This document shows positions 10,783-20,356 of a DNA stretch of 64,000 nucleotides, one piece after another. The notes below the pieces were generated by a model that saw only the letters and a program-made list of their open reading frames with translations, was not told the origin of the DNA and did no database searches. Where the stretch lies: positions 1 through 64,000 of the forward strand of contig CAWJKT010000014.1 in NCBI GenBank assembly GCA_963843375.1, in the 5' to 3' direction. How positions within the stretch are numbered: the first letter of the stretch is position 1; each line of letters begins with the position of its first letter. This DNA is from an uncultured Pseudomonadota bacterium (lineage in GTDB: Bacteria; Oederibacteriota; Muellerivitia; Muellerivitales; Muellerivitaceae). Made by a program: the position numbers and the translations under genes.

Positions 10783-11796
10783 ATGGGTAAACTTAAAAAA
10801 GCCTTCATCACTGGCGTCACGGGCCAAGATGGCTCCTGGTTGGCGGATTTTCTTTTGGAAAAGAGCTATGAAGTCCATGGAATGGTCCGCCGTTCCTCCT
10901 CTTTCAATACCGCCCGGGTTGACCACATTTACCAGGACCCCCACGAGAAGGGCCGCAGGTTTTTCCTCCACTACGGCGACCTCACCGATTCTTCAGGTCT
11001 TTTTAAGCTTCTTCACGAAATTAAACCGGATGAAATCTACAACCTGGGGGCTCAAAGCCACGTTCGGGTTTCCTTCGACCAGCCGGAATATACCGGGGAA
11101 GCCACCGGGGTCGGCACCATCAAGCTTTTAGAGGCAATGCGCTCGGCCTGTTCCAAGGCCCGGTTTTATCAAGCCAGCAGTTCGGAGCTTTATGGCGGAT
11201 TGGATTGTCCCAAGAAAGGCTATAATGAAAACAGCCCCTTTTATCCTCGTAGTCCCTATGGAGTCGCTAAGATTTACTCCTTTTGGGCGGCCAAGAACTA
11301 CCGGGAAGCCTACGGGCTGCATATTTCCAATGGCATCCTCTTCAATCACGAAAGCGAGCGCCGGGGAGAGACCTTCGTGACCCGCAAGGTAACCCGAGCA
11401 GTGGGCCGTATTAAGGTGGGTTTGCAAAAAGATTTGTTTCTGGGGAATTTGGAAGCCAAAAGGGATTGGGGCGACGCCAAGGAATTCGTGCGGGCCATGT
11501 GGCTGATGCTGCAAAAACCCAAAGCTGATGATTATGTGGTGGCAACGGGTGAGAGCCATTCGATCAAAGAACTTTTAGAAGTATCTTTCGATCGCGTTGG
11601 ACTTTCTTGGAAAAAATTCGTCAAGTTCGATCCTCGTTATCTGCGTCCGACGGAGGTGGATTTCCTCAAAGGGGATTCCTCCAAGGCCCGGCGGGTTTTG
11701 GGATGGAAAAACGAGACTTCCTTCGAGGGCTTGATCCAGCGCATGGTGGACCATGACCTGGAATTGGCTCATCGGGAAAAGAAACGGGATTCTTAA
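10783..11796 (+). CDS. gmd: GDP-mannose 4,6-dehydratase
   Basis: 'ITGVTGQDG', '[11 protein letters not shown]', 'YQASSSE', 'YGVAK', 'ILFNHES', 'RDWG'; start by homology (track start 10732). Confidence 0.97.
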   Translation: MGKLKKAFITGVTGQDGSWLADFLLEKSYEVHGMVRRSSSFNTARVDHIYQDPHEKGRRFFLHYGDLTDSSGLFKLLHEIKPDEIYNLGAQSHVRVSFDQPEYTGEATGVGTIKLLEAMRSACSKARFYQASSSELYGGLDCPKKGYNENSPFYPRSPYGVAKIYSFWAAKNYREAYGLHISNGILFNHESERRGETFVTRKVTRAVGRIKVGLQKDLFLGNLEAKRDWGDAKEFVRAMWLMLQKPKADDYVVATGESHSIKELLEVSFDRVGLSWKKFVKFDPRYLRPTEVDFLKGDSSKARRVLGWKNETSFEGLIQRMVDHDLELAHREKKRDS

Positions 11797-12735
11797 ATGG
11801 CGCGTCTTTTTATCGCGGGGCATAGGGGCATGGTGGGATCGGCCCTGGTGCGTCGGTTCCAGAGCGAAAAGGGCATAGAGCTTCTTTTGCGGGACCGTTC
11901 CCAACTGGACCTTCGCGACCAAAAGCAGGTCTTCGATTTTTACCAAAAGGAAAAACCCGATACCGTCATCGTGGCCGCTGCCAAGGTGGGCGGAATCATG
12001 GCCAATAACACCTACCCCGCTGAGTTCCTTTACCAAAACTTGGCCATTGCGGTGAACAGCATTGAAGGGGCTTACCGGGCCGGGGTGAAGCGGCTTTTAT
12101 TTTTGGGGAGTTCCTGCATTTATCCTAAGTTGGCCTCCCAGCCCATGACCGAAGACTCCCTGCTCACCGGGCCTCTGGAACCCACCAATGAAGCCTATGC
12201 GGTGGCTAAGATCACAGGCCTTAAGCTTTGCCAATATTACCGAAAGCAATATGGTGTCCTATTCCATTCGGCCATGCCGACCAATCTCTATGGTCCGGGG
12301 GATAATTACGACCTCAAAAACTCCCACGTTTTGCCAGCCCTGATTCGGCGGTTCCACGAGGCCTGGGAAACGAAGGCGCCTATAGTGACCTTATGGGGAA
12401 CAGGGAGTCCGAAACGCGAGTTCCTGCATGTGGACGATCTGGCAGACGCATGTGCCTTTCTCCTTAAGTTGGAGAATCCCCCGGATTGGGCCAATGTGGG
12501 GACAGGGGTAGACGCTACTATTCAATCCTTGGCGTATCTGATCGCTCAAATGTCGGATTACGAGGGAAAGATTGAATGGGATTCCTCCAAACCCGATGGA
12601 ACTCCTCGGAAACTACTAAATGTTTCCCGGTTGGCCCAATTGGGGTGGAAAGCCAAGATCAGCCTTGAAGAGGGCGTCAAAAAGACCTACCGGGATTACT
12701 TGGAAGAAAAAGCCACGGGCAAGATCCGGGAATGA
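11797..12735 (+). CDS. fcl: GDP-L-fucose synthase
   Basis: '[10 protein letters not shown]', 'AAKVGGI', 'GSSCIYP', 'YAVAK', 'MPTNLYGP', 'KPDGTPRK'; abuts gmd. Confidence 0.97.
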   Translation: MARLFIAGHRGMVGSALVRRFQSEKGIELLLRDRSQLDLRDQKQVFDFYQKEKPDTVIVAAAKVGGIMANNTYPAEFLYQNLAIAVNSIEGAYRAGVKRLLFLGSSCIYPKLASQPMTEDSLLTGPLEPTNEAYAVAKITGLKLCQYYRKQYGVLFHSAMPTNLYGPGDNYDLKNSHVLPALIRRFHEAWETKAPIVTLWGTGSPKREFLHVDDLADACAFLLKLENPPDWANVGTGVDATIQSLAYLIAQMSDYEGKIEWDSSKPDGTPRKLLNVSRLAQLGWKAKISLEEGVKKTYRDYLEEKATGKIRE

Positions 12736-12756
12736 AGCGGATTATAAAAATAAATT

Positions 12757-13644
12757 TTGCTATTCAAAAAAGTTAAGGTTCAATTGAGACCGCCATCCCT
12801 AAAATCGTCGATTGTTTTCGTTGTACTTTTTTTAGTTTTTGAATTGGGTAGTTTAATTCCGCGATGTGTTTTCGCGGACGAAAGCCCTTGGACCTTTTTA
12901 CCCCTTGAACCTCAATTCGCACCTTTGATCGGGGATTACCGAGAACCCAATGTCAGTGTTATCCCCCATTTGAGCGAGCAGGATTTTGAGGGAAACGTGG
13001 GTGGAACCGTCGAGTTGATCCGATGGAAATCGTCAGAGGATATGCAATGGGGCGTGGGAGTTTTTGGAGGGGCTTTTTTTCTTTTTCAGGACGCGGGTCT
13101 TTCAACATTGCGAGTCATCGATTGGACCAGCGGTTTTTATTTGAGCGAAAAAACAGGGTTCTTTGCTTTCCGCGCTGAGTTCCAGGATGAAAAGTCCGAT
13201 CTGGGTGACGAGTATGAATATATGTCCACAGGTACAAATCTTATAGGTTATGACTGGCACAACAACAATTTAACTCTGGCTTTCAATCCATCGGATCAAC
13301 TTCGGATTTTTGTGGGTGGTGGCGCCAAGGTTTTTTGGGAAGTTTATGATCCTACCGAGAGCCTGAGTTTTGCTTTTTGCGGGACCGAAGTCTATTCCTC
13401 TACCTTTTCCTTTTTGAGCCCTTTCTGCCGGGCCTATGGAACCTATTACCTCAAATACCAGGACCAAGACGGCGGTATTGTTGATCAGGAAGTTCAATTG
13501 GGCCTGCAATTTAAACGCGAAACGAATCAGCGCAGGGCCCTGCGCTTGGCCGTCCTTTATTATCTCGGACATCCTTCCTATGGCCAATTTTCAGATTATC
13601 CCAATACCCACTATTTCGGAATTGGTTTATTTATCGACCCATGA
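12757..13644 (+). CDS. DUF1207-like putative outer-membrane beta-barrel protein, copy 1
   Basis: Signal-peptide-like N-terminus, 'FAPLIGDYREP', 'LGDE', amphipathic aromatic/Gly-rich strands, 'YGQF', C-terminal 'YFGIGLFIDP'. Confidence 0.65.
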   Translation: MLFKKVKVQLRPPSLKSSIVFVVLFLVFELGSLIPRCVFADESPWTFLPLEPQFAPLIGDYREPNVSVIPHLSEQDFEGNVGGTVELIRWKSSEDMQWGVGVFGGAFFLFQDAGLSTLRVIDWTSGFYLSEKTGFFAFRAEFQDEKSDLGDEYEYMSTGTNLIGYDWHNNNLTLAFNPSDQLRIFVGGGAKVFWEVYDPTESLSFAFCGTEVYSSTFSFLSPFCRAYGTYYLKYQDQDGGIVDQEVQLGLQFKRETNQRRALRLAVLYYLGHPSYGQFSDYPNTHYFGIGLFIDP

Positions 13645-14519
13645 AAAAACTAACAATGACCAAAAGCTTGAAACTGCTATCCACTTTAATGTATTTCGCA
13701 GGGGTGACCCAAACTTCGATTGCTCAGGAAGCGAAGTGGATGTTCTTGCCCTCCTCGAACCTTTTCTCTCCTTTGCTGGCTGATCCCCGCGAACCCAATA
13801 ATAGCCTCGAGATATCATCGGACACTACTCGATATGATTTATCTCTTGGTGGCTCATTAGATCTTCTCCAATTGGAATTTTCTCGGGATAACTGTTGGGG
13901 GATGGGAATGATGGGGGATGGTTATTTACTTATTTCCCGTTATGACTGGGCGAGTTACCGTCTGGAGGACAGTGATTTGTGGTATGGCTTCTACATTAGT
14001 CAATCATCAGGGCTGTTTTCCAATCGACTTGAATATCAACATGGAAGTTCCCATTTGGGTGATTGGCTTTTTGGATCCACTGGAACCCAATTTAGCATTT
14101 ATGGCCAAACTTATACCGAAGAACAGGCCTTTCCTTATGAGCGGGATTTAATTCAATTCACGGCTTCTTATCAACTGTTAGATTTTCTGAGGGTTTATGG
14201 CGGATTGGGTTATTGGCTTTATGCGACTCCCGGTATTCAAGCCATTTTCCCGCATTTGGGTTTAGAGGCTACTTCCGGTTATAGCGATATCAGCGGGGTC
14301 TTTGTTCGCGGCTTTTTGGCTTATGATTTAAAGACAGGCGATCTCGTGAGACACGTTACCGACCAGAATTTTCAAGTGGGAATTCAAATGAAGCCATGTA
14401 AAGAAAGCCTTTCGGAACTACACCTAGCCTTGGACTATTACTATGGGAATAGCGAGTACGGTCAGTTTTTACAGCAAAGGGACAATCATTTTGGGATCGA
14501 AATTTCATTTTTGCCCTGA
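13641..14519 (+). CDS. DUF1207-like putative outer-membrane beta-barrel protein, copy 2
   Basis: Signal peptide, 'FSPLLADPREP', 'HGSSHLGD', 'YYYGNSEYGQF', 'HFGIEISF'; ATGA overlap with copy 1. Confidence 0.72.
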   Translation: MKKLTMTKSLKLLSTLMYFAGVTQTSIAQEAKWMFLPSSNLFSPLLADPREPNNSLEISSDTTRYDLSLGGSLDLLQLEFSRDNCWGMGMMGDGYLLISRYDWASYRLEDSDLWYGFYISQSSGLFSNRLEYQHGSSHLGDWLFGSTGTQFSIYGQTYTEEQAFPYERDLIQFTASYQLLDFLRVYGGLGYWLYATPGIQAIFPHLGLEATSGYSDISGVFVRGFLAYDLKTGDLVRHVTDQNFQVGIQMKPCKESLSELHLALDYYYGNSEYGQFLQQRDNHFGIEISFLP

Positions 14520-14734
14520 AATGCTTCAAGTCATCATTACCATGCCCATGGTTTGGACCGAGAGTAAGTTCAGAGACATAAATGAAGCGCGATATTAAAA
14601 TTAGCCTCAACTCGAAGAACGATCTTCGTTCAAAGCAATCGGGTTCTCCTTTTTTCCACCCGATTTTACCATAAATCCGTTTTGGAAAAGTCATCATTTC
14701 TTGCTCGAAAATATAGGAAAAAGGCCATATTTCC

Positions 14735-14763
14735 TTGCTTAAATGGGCTAAACACAGTAATAT
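14735..14763 (+). promoter_or_regulatory. Putative sigma70 promoter of wza-wzc-wecA
   Basis: TTGCTT-17 nt-TAATAT, 48 nt before the wza ATG. Confidence 0.45.
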
Positions 14764-14811
14764 TCATTCACTTTTAAGGATTTTAAAACTCTTGTCTTTA
14801 AAGCTGATAAA

Positions 14812-15579
14812 ATGAGAACCACTACACTACACTTTTCACGTTTTCTAGCCCTTTTCTTGGCCTTTTCCCTTGTTTTTACCCCTATCCTGCCCTTGTGGGC
14901 CGCCGAGATGGATGCGAGTCCCGTGAAGGCTAACTTTGATTATCCCCCCCTTCTCATTGGGCCAGGCGACATGCTTTCTATTACGGTTGTAGGCTATCAA
15001 AACCACGGGGGAATGGGCGGAGCAACGGCTTTTACCAACAATAGCGTGGATCTTCCGACTGAATATTTGGTGGACAGCAACGGGGATATCCTTTTTCCCT
15101 TTATTGGTAAAGTGAGCCTTTTAGGGATTTCCCAAATTGATGCAAGCAATAAAATTATGAAAAAATTATCCCAATTCCTCAAATTTCCTCAGGTCACCGT
15201 TCTGATAAAGTCGACCAATAGTTATAACATCTCCGTTTTAGGCCAAGTTGCCCATCCTGGTGAATATTTAATCCGGGGAGAGGCTACCTTCCTTTCTTCC
15301 ATCTCCGAGGCGGGAGGGCCGGTTGAAAACGCCAATTTGGGCGGCACGATCCTCATCCACAAAGGGAAAAAAACAAAATTGGACTTGGGCAAATATCTTT
15401 TAGACAAAAATTTTAATGGAGTGGATCCCTACGTTTATCCGGGCGATATCATTATGGTGCCGAAGAGCGGATGGCCTTCCGTCGCCGAGTGGGCCGTTAT
15501 CGCGGGCATCCTCTCCAGCGCCGTTATTGTTTTCACTTATGTTCATCCACTGAATAATTCTAACAATAGCGGCATTTAA
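14812..15579 (+). CDS. wza: Polysaccharide export protein (OPX/Wza family: Poly_export + SLBB)
   Basis: 'IGPGDML', 'VDSNGDILFPFIG', 'VLGQVAHPG', 'EAGG', 'PGDIIMVP'; signal peptide without Cys. Confidence 0.9.
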   Translation: MRTTTLHFSRFLALFLAFSLVFTPILPLWAAEMDASPVKANFDYPPLLIGPGDMLSITVVGYQNHGGMGGATAFTNNSVDLPTEYLVDSNGDILFPFIGKVSLLGISQIDASNKIMKKLSQFLKFPQVTVLIKSTNSYNISVLGQVAHPGEYLIRGEATFLSSISEAGGPVENANLGGTILIHKGKKTKLDLGKYLLDKNFNGVDPYVYPGDIIMVPKSGWPSVAEWAVIAGILSSAVIVFTYVHPLNNSNNSGI

Positions 15580-15590
15580 GAGAGAAATTC

Positions 15591-17315
15591 ATGACCTCGA
15601 ATCCTCCTAACCCACAACTATCCCGAAGTCCCCTGGGAAATCAAACCATGGAAAATTCCGGGGAAATTAATTTTAGGGAAATATTCCGTGTTTTGGCTCA
15701 CCACCAAAAACTGATCCTGGGTTGCACTATTGGTTGCTTTTTAGTTGGGGCATTTTATGCTTTTTTATTTCCAAAAACCTATGAAGCTTTTGCCACGGTT
15801 AAGGTGCCCCAGTCCACCGAAGCCACCCAAAACGCTCTTCGTGAAATGGCCTCCTTATCACCCATGGGTGATGATTTAGAAACCTATCTTCAATTGGCTC
15901 AGTCCAAAATCGTCGCACAATATACTGTAGAAACCCTCAGCTTGAGATCGAAACCCGAGTTCAAAGAGGTTAGCGATCGGGAATTAATCAACATGCTTTT
16001 GGGTGAGGTGCATGTATTTGACAATAAGACATCCAACATTCTAACGATCGTTGCCGATACCCCGGACCCTCAATTGGCGCTGGATTTAGCCAATGCGTGG
16101 GCCCAAAATTTCATCCGGGTGAATTTGGACTTGAGCCGGGAAAGCGCCCAGACCAAGTACCAATTTATCGACAATGAACTAAAGGATATGAAGTCTAAGT
16201 TGGAGGGGGATAAGGGTAATAAACAAAATTATTTGGATCCTTCCAATGAGGCCGAGTCGGACCAGTTAGTCTATAAAATGCTTCTTCAGCAGGATCAGGC
16301 TGCGCAAATCGAAGCTAAGGGAGAGGACCCTGGCATCGTCGTGGTAGACAAGGCTGAATTTCCGCTGAAAGCGATCAAACCCAAAAGAAGAATGGGTTTG
16401 GTTTTGGGACTGATCATTGGACTACTCCTAGGCGTCCAATCCGCTTTTCTGTTGGAAAAAATCCAAGACCGGGTCAAGTCCGAGGAGGATATTCAAAAGG
16501 AAACGGGTTTGGTGCCTTTAGCCCTTATTCCTAATTTTCGCGTAAAAGAAGGAAAAACCCTTTTTTCACCGACCGAGAGGTTTTCGCCCAAGCATTTGAT
16601 TGAAAACCGGGAATTTGATCATTCGCCCTATCAGGAAAGCTTTAACATTTTTCGTACCAATCTGACTTTTTCCCAGGTTGATAAAAAGCTTCAAGCGATC
16701 AGCGTTTTTTCGGCTAATCCGGAGGAAGGGAAGACCCTGGTTAATTCGGACCTGGCTCTGAGCCTTTCTCATACAGGTAAAAAAGTCCTTTTGATTGACG
16801 CGGACCTTCGGAAATCGTCCATCGGCATGATTTTCGGCATCAAGGTTCCACAGGATACAGGTTTGCCGATGTTATTGGCGGGTAAGGGAAAAGTCGCCGA
16901 GATGGCCGTCAAAAGCGAGTTTGAGAATCTTTGGCTACTTCCCAATAATGTCATTCCCCCAAACCCCTCCGAGCTTTTGGGGTCCGAGGCCATGAAGCAT
17001 TTGATTCAGGAATTGAAAAAGCAATATGATTATATCGTCATCGACGGCGCCCCCATCCTTCCCGTTACCGATTCGGTTGTGCTTTCCACCTCCTTGGACG
17101 GGATGGTCCTGATGGCTCGCTATAACCAAACTCGCAGGGCCGAAGTTAACCGCGCTTTACGGCTCCTGAGAGCCGTCAACGCTCCGCTTTTAGGTACGAT
17201 ATTAAATTGTGTGGATATGAAAAGCAGTCATTATGGGTACTATGGATATGGCTATGGATACGGAAGTGGTCCGACCAAAGGTACTGCCGACCCAACCCAA
17301 GCGAAGTTGGGTTGA
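15591..17315 (+). CDS. wzc: Polysaccharide co-polymerase/tyrosine autokinase
   Basis: Two TMs; Walker A 'SANPEEGKT', A' 'LLIDADLR', B 'IVIDGAP'; Tyr cluster 'YGYYGYGYGYG'. Confidence 0.95.
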   Translation: MTSNPPNPQLSRSPLGNQTMENSGEINFREIFRVLAHHQKLILGCTIGCFLVGAFYAFLFPKTYEAFATVKVPQSTEATQNALREMASLSPMGDDLETYLQLAQSKIVAQYTVETLSLRSKPEFKEVSDRELINMLLGEVHVFDNKTSNILTIVADTPDPQLALDLANAWAQNFIRVNLDLSRESAQTKYQFIDNELKDMKSKLEGDKGNKQNYLDPSNEAESDQLVYKMLLQQDQAAQIEAKGEDPGIVVVDKAEFPLKAIKPKRRMGLVLGLIIGLLLGVQSAFLLEKIQDRVKSEEDIQKETGLVPLALIPNFRVKEGKTLFSPTERFSPKHLIENREFDHSPYQESFNIFRTNLTFSQVDKKLQAISVFSANPEEGKTLVNSDLALSLSHTGKKVLLIDADLRKSSIGMIFGIKVPQDTGLPMLLAGKGKVAEMAVKSEFENLWLLPNNVIPPNPSELLGSEAMKHLIQELKKQYDYIVIDGAPILPVTDSVVLSTSLDGMVLMARYNQTRRAEVNRALRLLRAVNAPLLGTILNCVDMKSSHYGYYGYGYGYGSGPTKGTADPTQAKLG

Positions 17316-17329
17316 ACCGGAGGTAGGAA

Positions 17330-18949
17330 ATGGATAGCTTGGAATTATCGTTACTTTTCCTATCGGCCTTGATATCGGGCTTTTTTTTGACCCCGCTTTT
17401 CGGGAAAGTGGCGAAGAAATTCGGCTTGATGGATTATCCTGGGCATCGTAAGACCCACGCGAAACCGGTGGCTTACCTCGGCGGAGTGGCTGTTTTCGCT
17501 GCTTTGTCCCTTACTCTCGGATTTTTTTGGCTCTTGAGTTTCCGCTCCTTTAATATCTCTCAGGAAAATGAAAAGATCTTTTTGATCTTTGTAGCCAGTT
17601 TTGGAGTTTTCGTGGTGGGGCTTTGGGATGATATTTCTCACATTCGACCCCGCGACAAAGTCCTCGGCCAATTGATTTTTGCTGGTCTTTTCAGCGCATT
17701 TGGGTACAGATTCGAAACTTTCCAAGTTCCTGGGTTCCAGCCAGTAGATTTAGGCGTGGTTTCGATACCCTTTACGGTTTTTTGGATTCTATCGGTTATC
17801 AATGCTTTCAACATGATTGACGGTTTAGACGGCTTGGCAAGTACCGTCACGGCGGGCAGCCTTTTCCTCCTCGGAGCGGCTTCGGCTATGATTGGCAATA
17901 GTGGGATTTTAATTTTAAGCTTAGCGGCCATGGGTTCGGTCCTGGGCTTCTTGCGTTATAACTGGTCCCCGGCCAGTATTTATTTGGGGGACGCCGGCTC
18001 CAACGGCCTGGGGATGTTGTTAGCGGCTTCCTTGGTGGCCCTTGGTCAAAACAATTGTTGGTTTCCGGGCTCTCCTACCCTAACCAAGGAGCTTGGACAG
18101 CCTTTCCCGTATCAAGTTTTTGTCGTTACCCTTCTGGTTTCCTATCCGGTTTTGGAAATCCTGCTTTCTGTTTTCCGGCGTCTTTTAAAGGGAAGGCCCA
18201 TTTCCCGGGGAGACAAAGGCCATATCCACCACCGGCTCCTCAATTTGGGCTGGGCCAAGCAAGGGGCTTGTTTGGCGGCCCTAGGGGTCACCTTCCTGAT
18301 GGGTAGTGTGCCCATCGCTCTACTCGCACATCAATATGGTAAAGCTACTTGGCTCTTGGCAGTTTCCAGCTTGTTACTGGGGTTAGTACTCTCCTTCCTG
18401 GGATTCCTCAATTTCCTGCTTCCCCATGTAGTGGCCCGCAATCGCCCCCACTTCCTGATCGCCAATAGTTTCATTGCGATGCAAAGAGGCAAGTTGGGTT
18501 TGGCGGGGAGCCGGGAGGATGTTCTGGCCCTTCTCAGCCAGACCTGCGCGGAATTCGGGGTCCAGGGATTTAAAATCAACGTCAATTCCAATGGTCACGG
18601 CAACAGCCCCTGCCGTTACTCCTGGGAAAGATCTCACGAGATGTCCCGAGAATATTTGAACTATCTTAAAACGGACATCGTGAAGGGGAATTTCGAACAT
18701 TTCAAGGAACAACTGAGCTTGGAAGGAGGCAATTGCGACGCTTTTTGGATTTTCGAGCCCCACACCGAGGAAAGGGACTTGGACGTTGAATATCGGGTTC
18801 TGGTCAGTGAGTTTATGAAGGAAGCCATGGACCGACTTTATGTACTGAAAGGCAATAAAAGTGACAATCCCGTCGTCCAATTGAATGGACTTGCCCATGG
18901 TAAAGTCAGGTCGAGCCTTTTGAGCCGAAGACACGTAAAGAAAAACTAA
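17330..18949 (+). CDS. wecA: Undecaprenyl-phosphate HexNAc-1-phosphate transferase (WecA/TagO, MraY-like) with long C-terminal extension
   Basis: 'RKTH', 'GLWDD', 'NAFNMIDGLDGL', 'YLGDAGS', 'DKGHIHHRL'; SD GGAGGT upstream. Confidence 0.9.
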   Translation: MDSLELSLLFLSALISGFFLTPLFGKVAKKFGLMDYPGHRKTHAKPVAYLGGVAVFAALSLTLGFFWLLSFRSFNISQENEKIFLIFVASFGVFVVGLWDDISHIRPRDKVLGQLIFAGLFSAFGYRFETFQVPGFQPVDLGVVSIPFTVFWILSVINAFNMIDGLDGLASTVTAGSLFLLGAASAMIGNSGILILSLAAMGSVLGFLRYNWSPASIYLGDAGSNGLGMLLAASLVALGQNNCWFPGSPTLTKELGQPFPYQVFVVTLLVSYPVLEILLSVFRRLLKGRPISRGDKGHIHHRLLNLGWAKQGACLAALGVTFLMGSVPIALLAHQYGKATWLLAVSSLLLGLVLSFLGFLNFLLPHVVARNRPHFLIANSFIAMQRGKLGLAGSREDVLALLSQTCAEFGVQGFKINVNSNGHGNSPCRYSWERSHEMSREYLNYLKTDIVKGNFEHFKEQLSLEGGNCDAFWIFEPHTEERDLDVEYRVLVSEFMKEAMDRLYVLKGNKSDNPVVQLNGLAHGKVRSSLLSRRHVKKN

Positions 18950-19207
18950 AATGTTTGGGATGCTCAAATCGCCTGAAAAATTTTCATTTCGGCCTTTCGG
19001 TTTGATGCGTTGAGGGTGTTTCGGAACATAACCCGCCTTTTTTATTGAAATAGTTATTCGCGAAATCAACGAATGTATTATCGATTATCTATAAAAATTT
19101 ATTTTGGAAGATCGACAACTAAAATCAAACGTTTTCAAGCCTTGCCCCAATAGAAACTGCGATAAGATGGGGTGAATTAAATTCTCAGTGAGCGTAAAGA
19201 AACCAAG

Positions 19208-20224
19208 ATGAATCCTTTAAATCCTCCAGAACAAAAATTAGAAAAATGCTCCCTTTGTGGGTCTGATGGACTCGAAACATTCGAGGCGTTTGAGATGATG
19301 TATGAAACTCGAGAGAAATTCGTTTATTCCTATTGCGATAAATGCGAGCTAATCGTTCTAAGATCAAATGTGGAAAATTGGGGTAAACACTATCCGGAAA
19401 ATTATTATTCCAAAAAATCAGTCGAGCCGAAGGATTTAATTTCGAAATCACGGCGTTACCTTTCCGCCTGTCGGTCGATTTATTTGGCCACGGGTTCAGG
19501 TTTTTTGGGGAAATGGGTCCAAGTCCTGAGACCCGATCCCTTGATAAAGGTTTGGCATAAACTGCATGTAAAGGCGGGCGATTGGATTCTCGATGTGGGC
19601 TGCGGTTCGGGAAGTTTACTTTATTCTCTTCGCTCCAAATTCAACACCTGTGGAATAGATCCCTTCCTTGAGGAGGATATTCATTATTCGAACAATTTGA
19701 CAATTTTCAAAGATACTCTTGAGACTTTTGGGGAGAAAATAAAGAATTTGCCGAAAAGGCCCCCCGAAGGGTTCGATTTAATTATGTTCCACCATTCTTT
19801 TGAGCACCTTTTGGAGCCGGAAAAAGAATTGGCTTCGGCGTCGCGATTGCTTGGCGAAAGGGGAAAAATATTAATCCGGATCCCGGTGGCATCTTCCTAT
19901 GCCTGGAAAAAATACCGCCAAAATTGGGTTCAACTCGACCCGCCCAGACATACGCATTTGTTTTCTAAAAAATCCCTCGAGTTGATATGTGAAAATAATA
20001 ATTTAAGAATCAGCGATTCCGTTTATGATTCGACTGAATTCCAGTTCTGGGGAAGCGAGCAGTATGAAAAAGGCGTAGGATTAATGTCGGAGTCTTCCTA
20101 TTTGAACAGTCCAAGCAAGTCCATCTTTAAAAAAACGGACATTAATTTTTACAAAAAAGCGTCTTTGATTTTGAATGAACTGGAATTGGGCGATCAAGCC
20201 TCTTTTATTATAGAAAAGTTTTGA
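19208..20224 (+). CDS. Class I SAM-dependent methyltransferase with N-terminal Zn ribbon
   Basis: 'CSLC...CDKC', 'ILDVGCGSG', 'HHSFEH', 'DPPRH'. Confidence 0.9.
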   Translation: MNPLNPPEQKLEKCSLCGSDGLETFEAFEMMYETREKFVYSYCDKCELIVLRSNVENWGKHYPENYYSKKSVEPKDLISKSRRYLSACRSIYLATGSGFLGKWVQVLRPDPLIKVWHKLHVKAGDWILDVGCGSGSLLYSLRSKFNTCGIDPFLEEDIHYSNNLTIFKDTLETFGEKIKNLPKRPPEGFDLIMFHHSFEHLLEPEKELASASRLLGERGKILIRIPVASSYAWKKYRQNWVQLDPPRHTHLFSKKSLELICENNNLRISDSVYDSTEFQFWGSEQYEKGVGLMSESSYLNSPSKSIFKKTDINFYKKASLILNELELGDQASFIIEKF

Positions 20225-20356
20225 AGATGCATTTTGGATTTCTCTGAAGCCGAAGGGCGTTTTTTTGGAAAGCCAATTTAGTACAGCGACTCATTTGTTT
20301 ATTTTTTCTTTTCCTGCGAAAAATGAGCTGATGACTCGGAAAATGGCCCGGTCGAA

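Noticed and set aside
17229..17265. TATGG-type short tandem repeat
   Set aside because: Simply encodes the Wzc YG tyrosine cluster; not CRISPR or a VNTR
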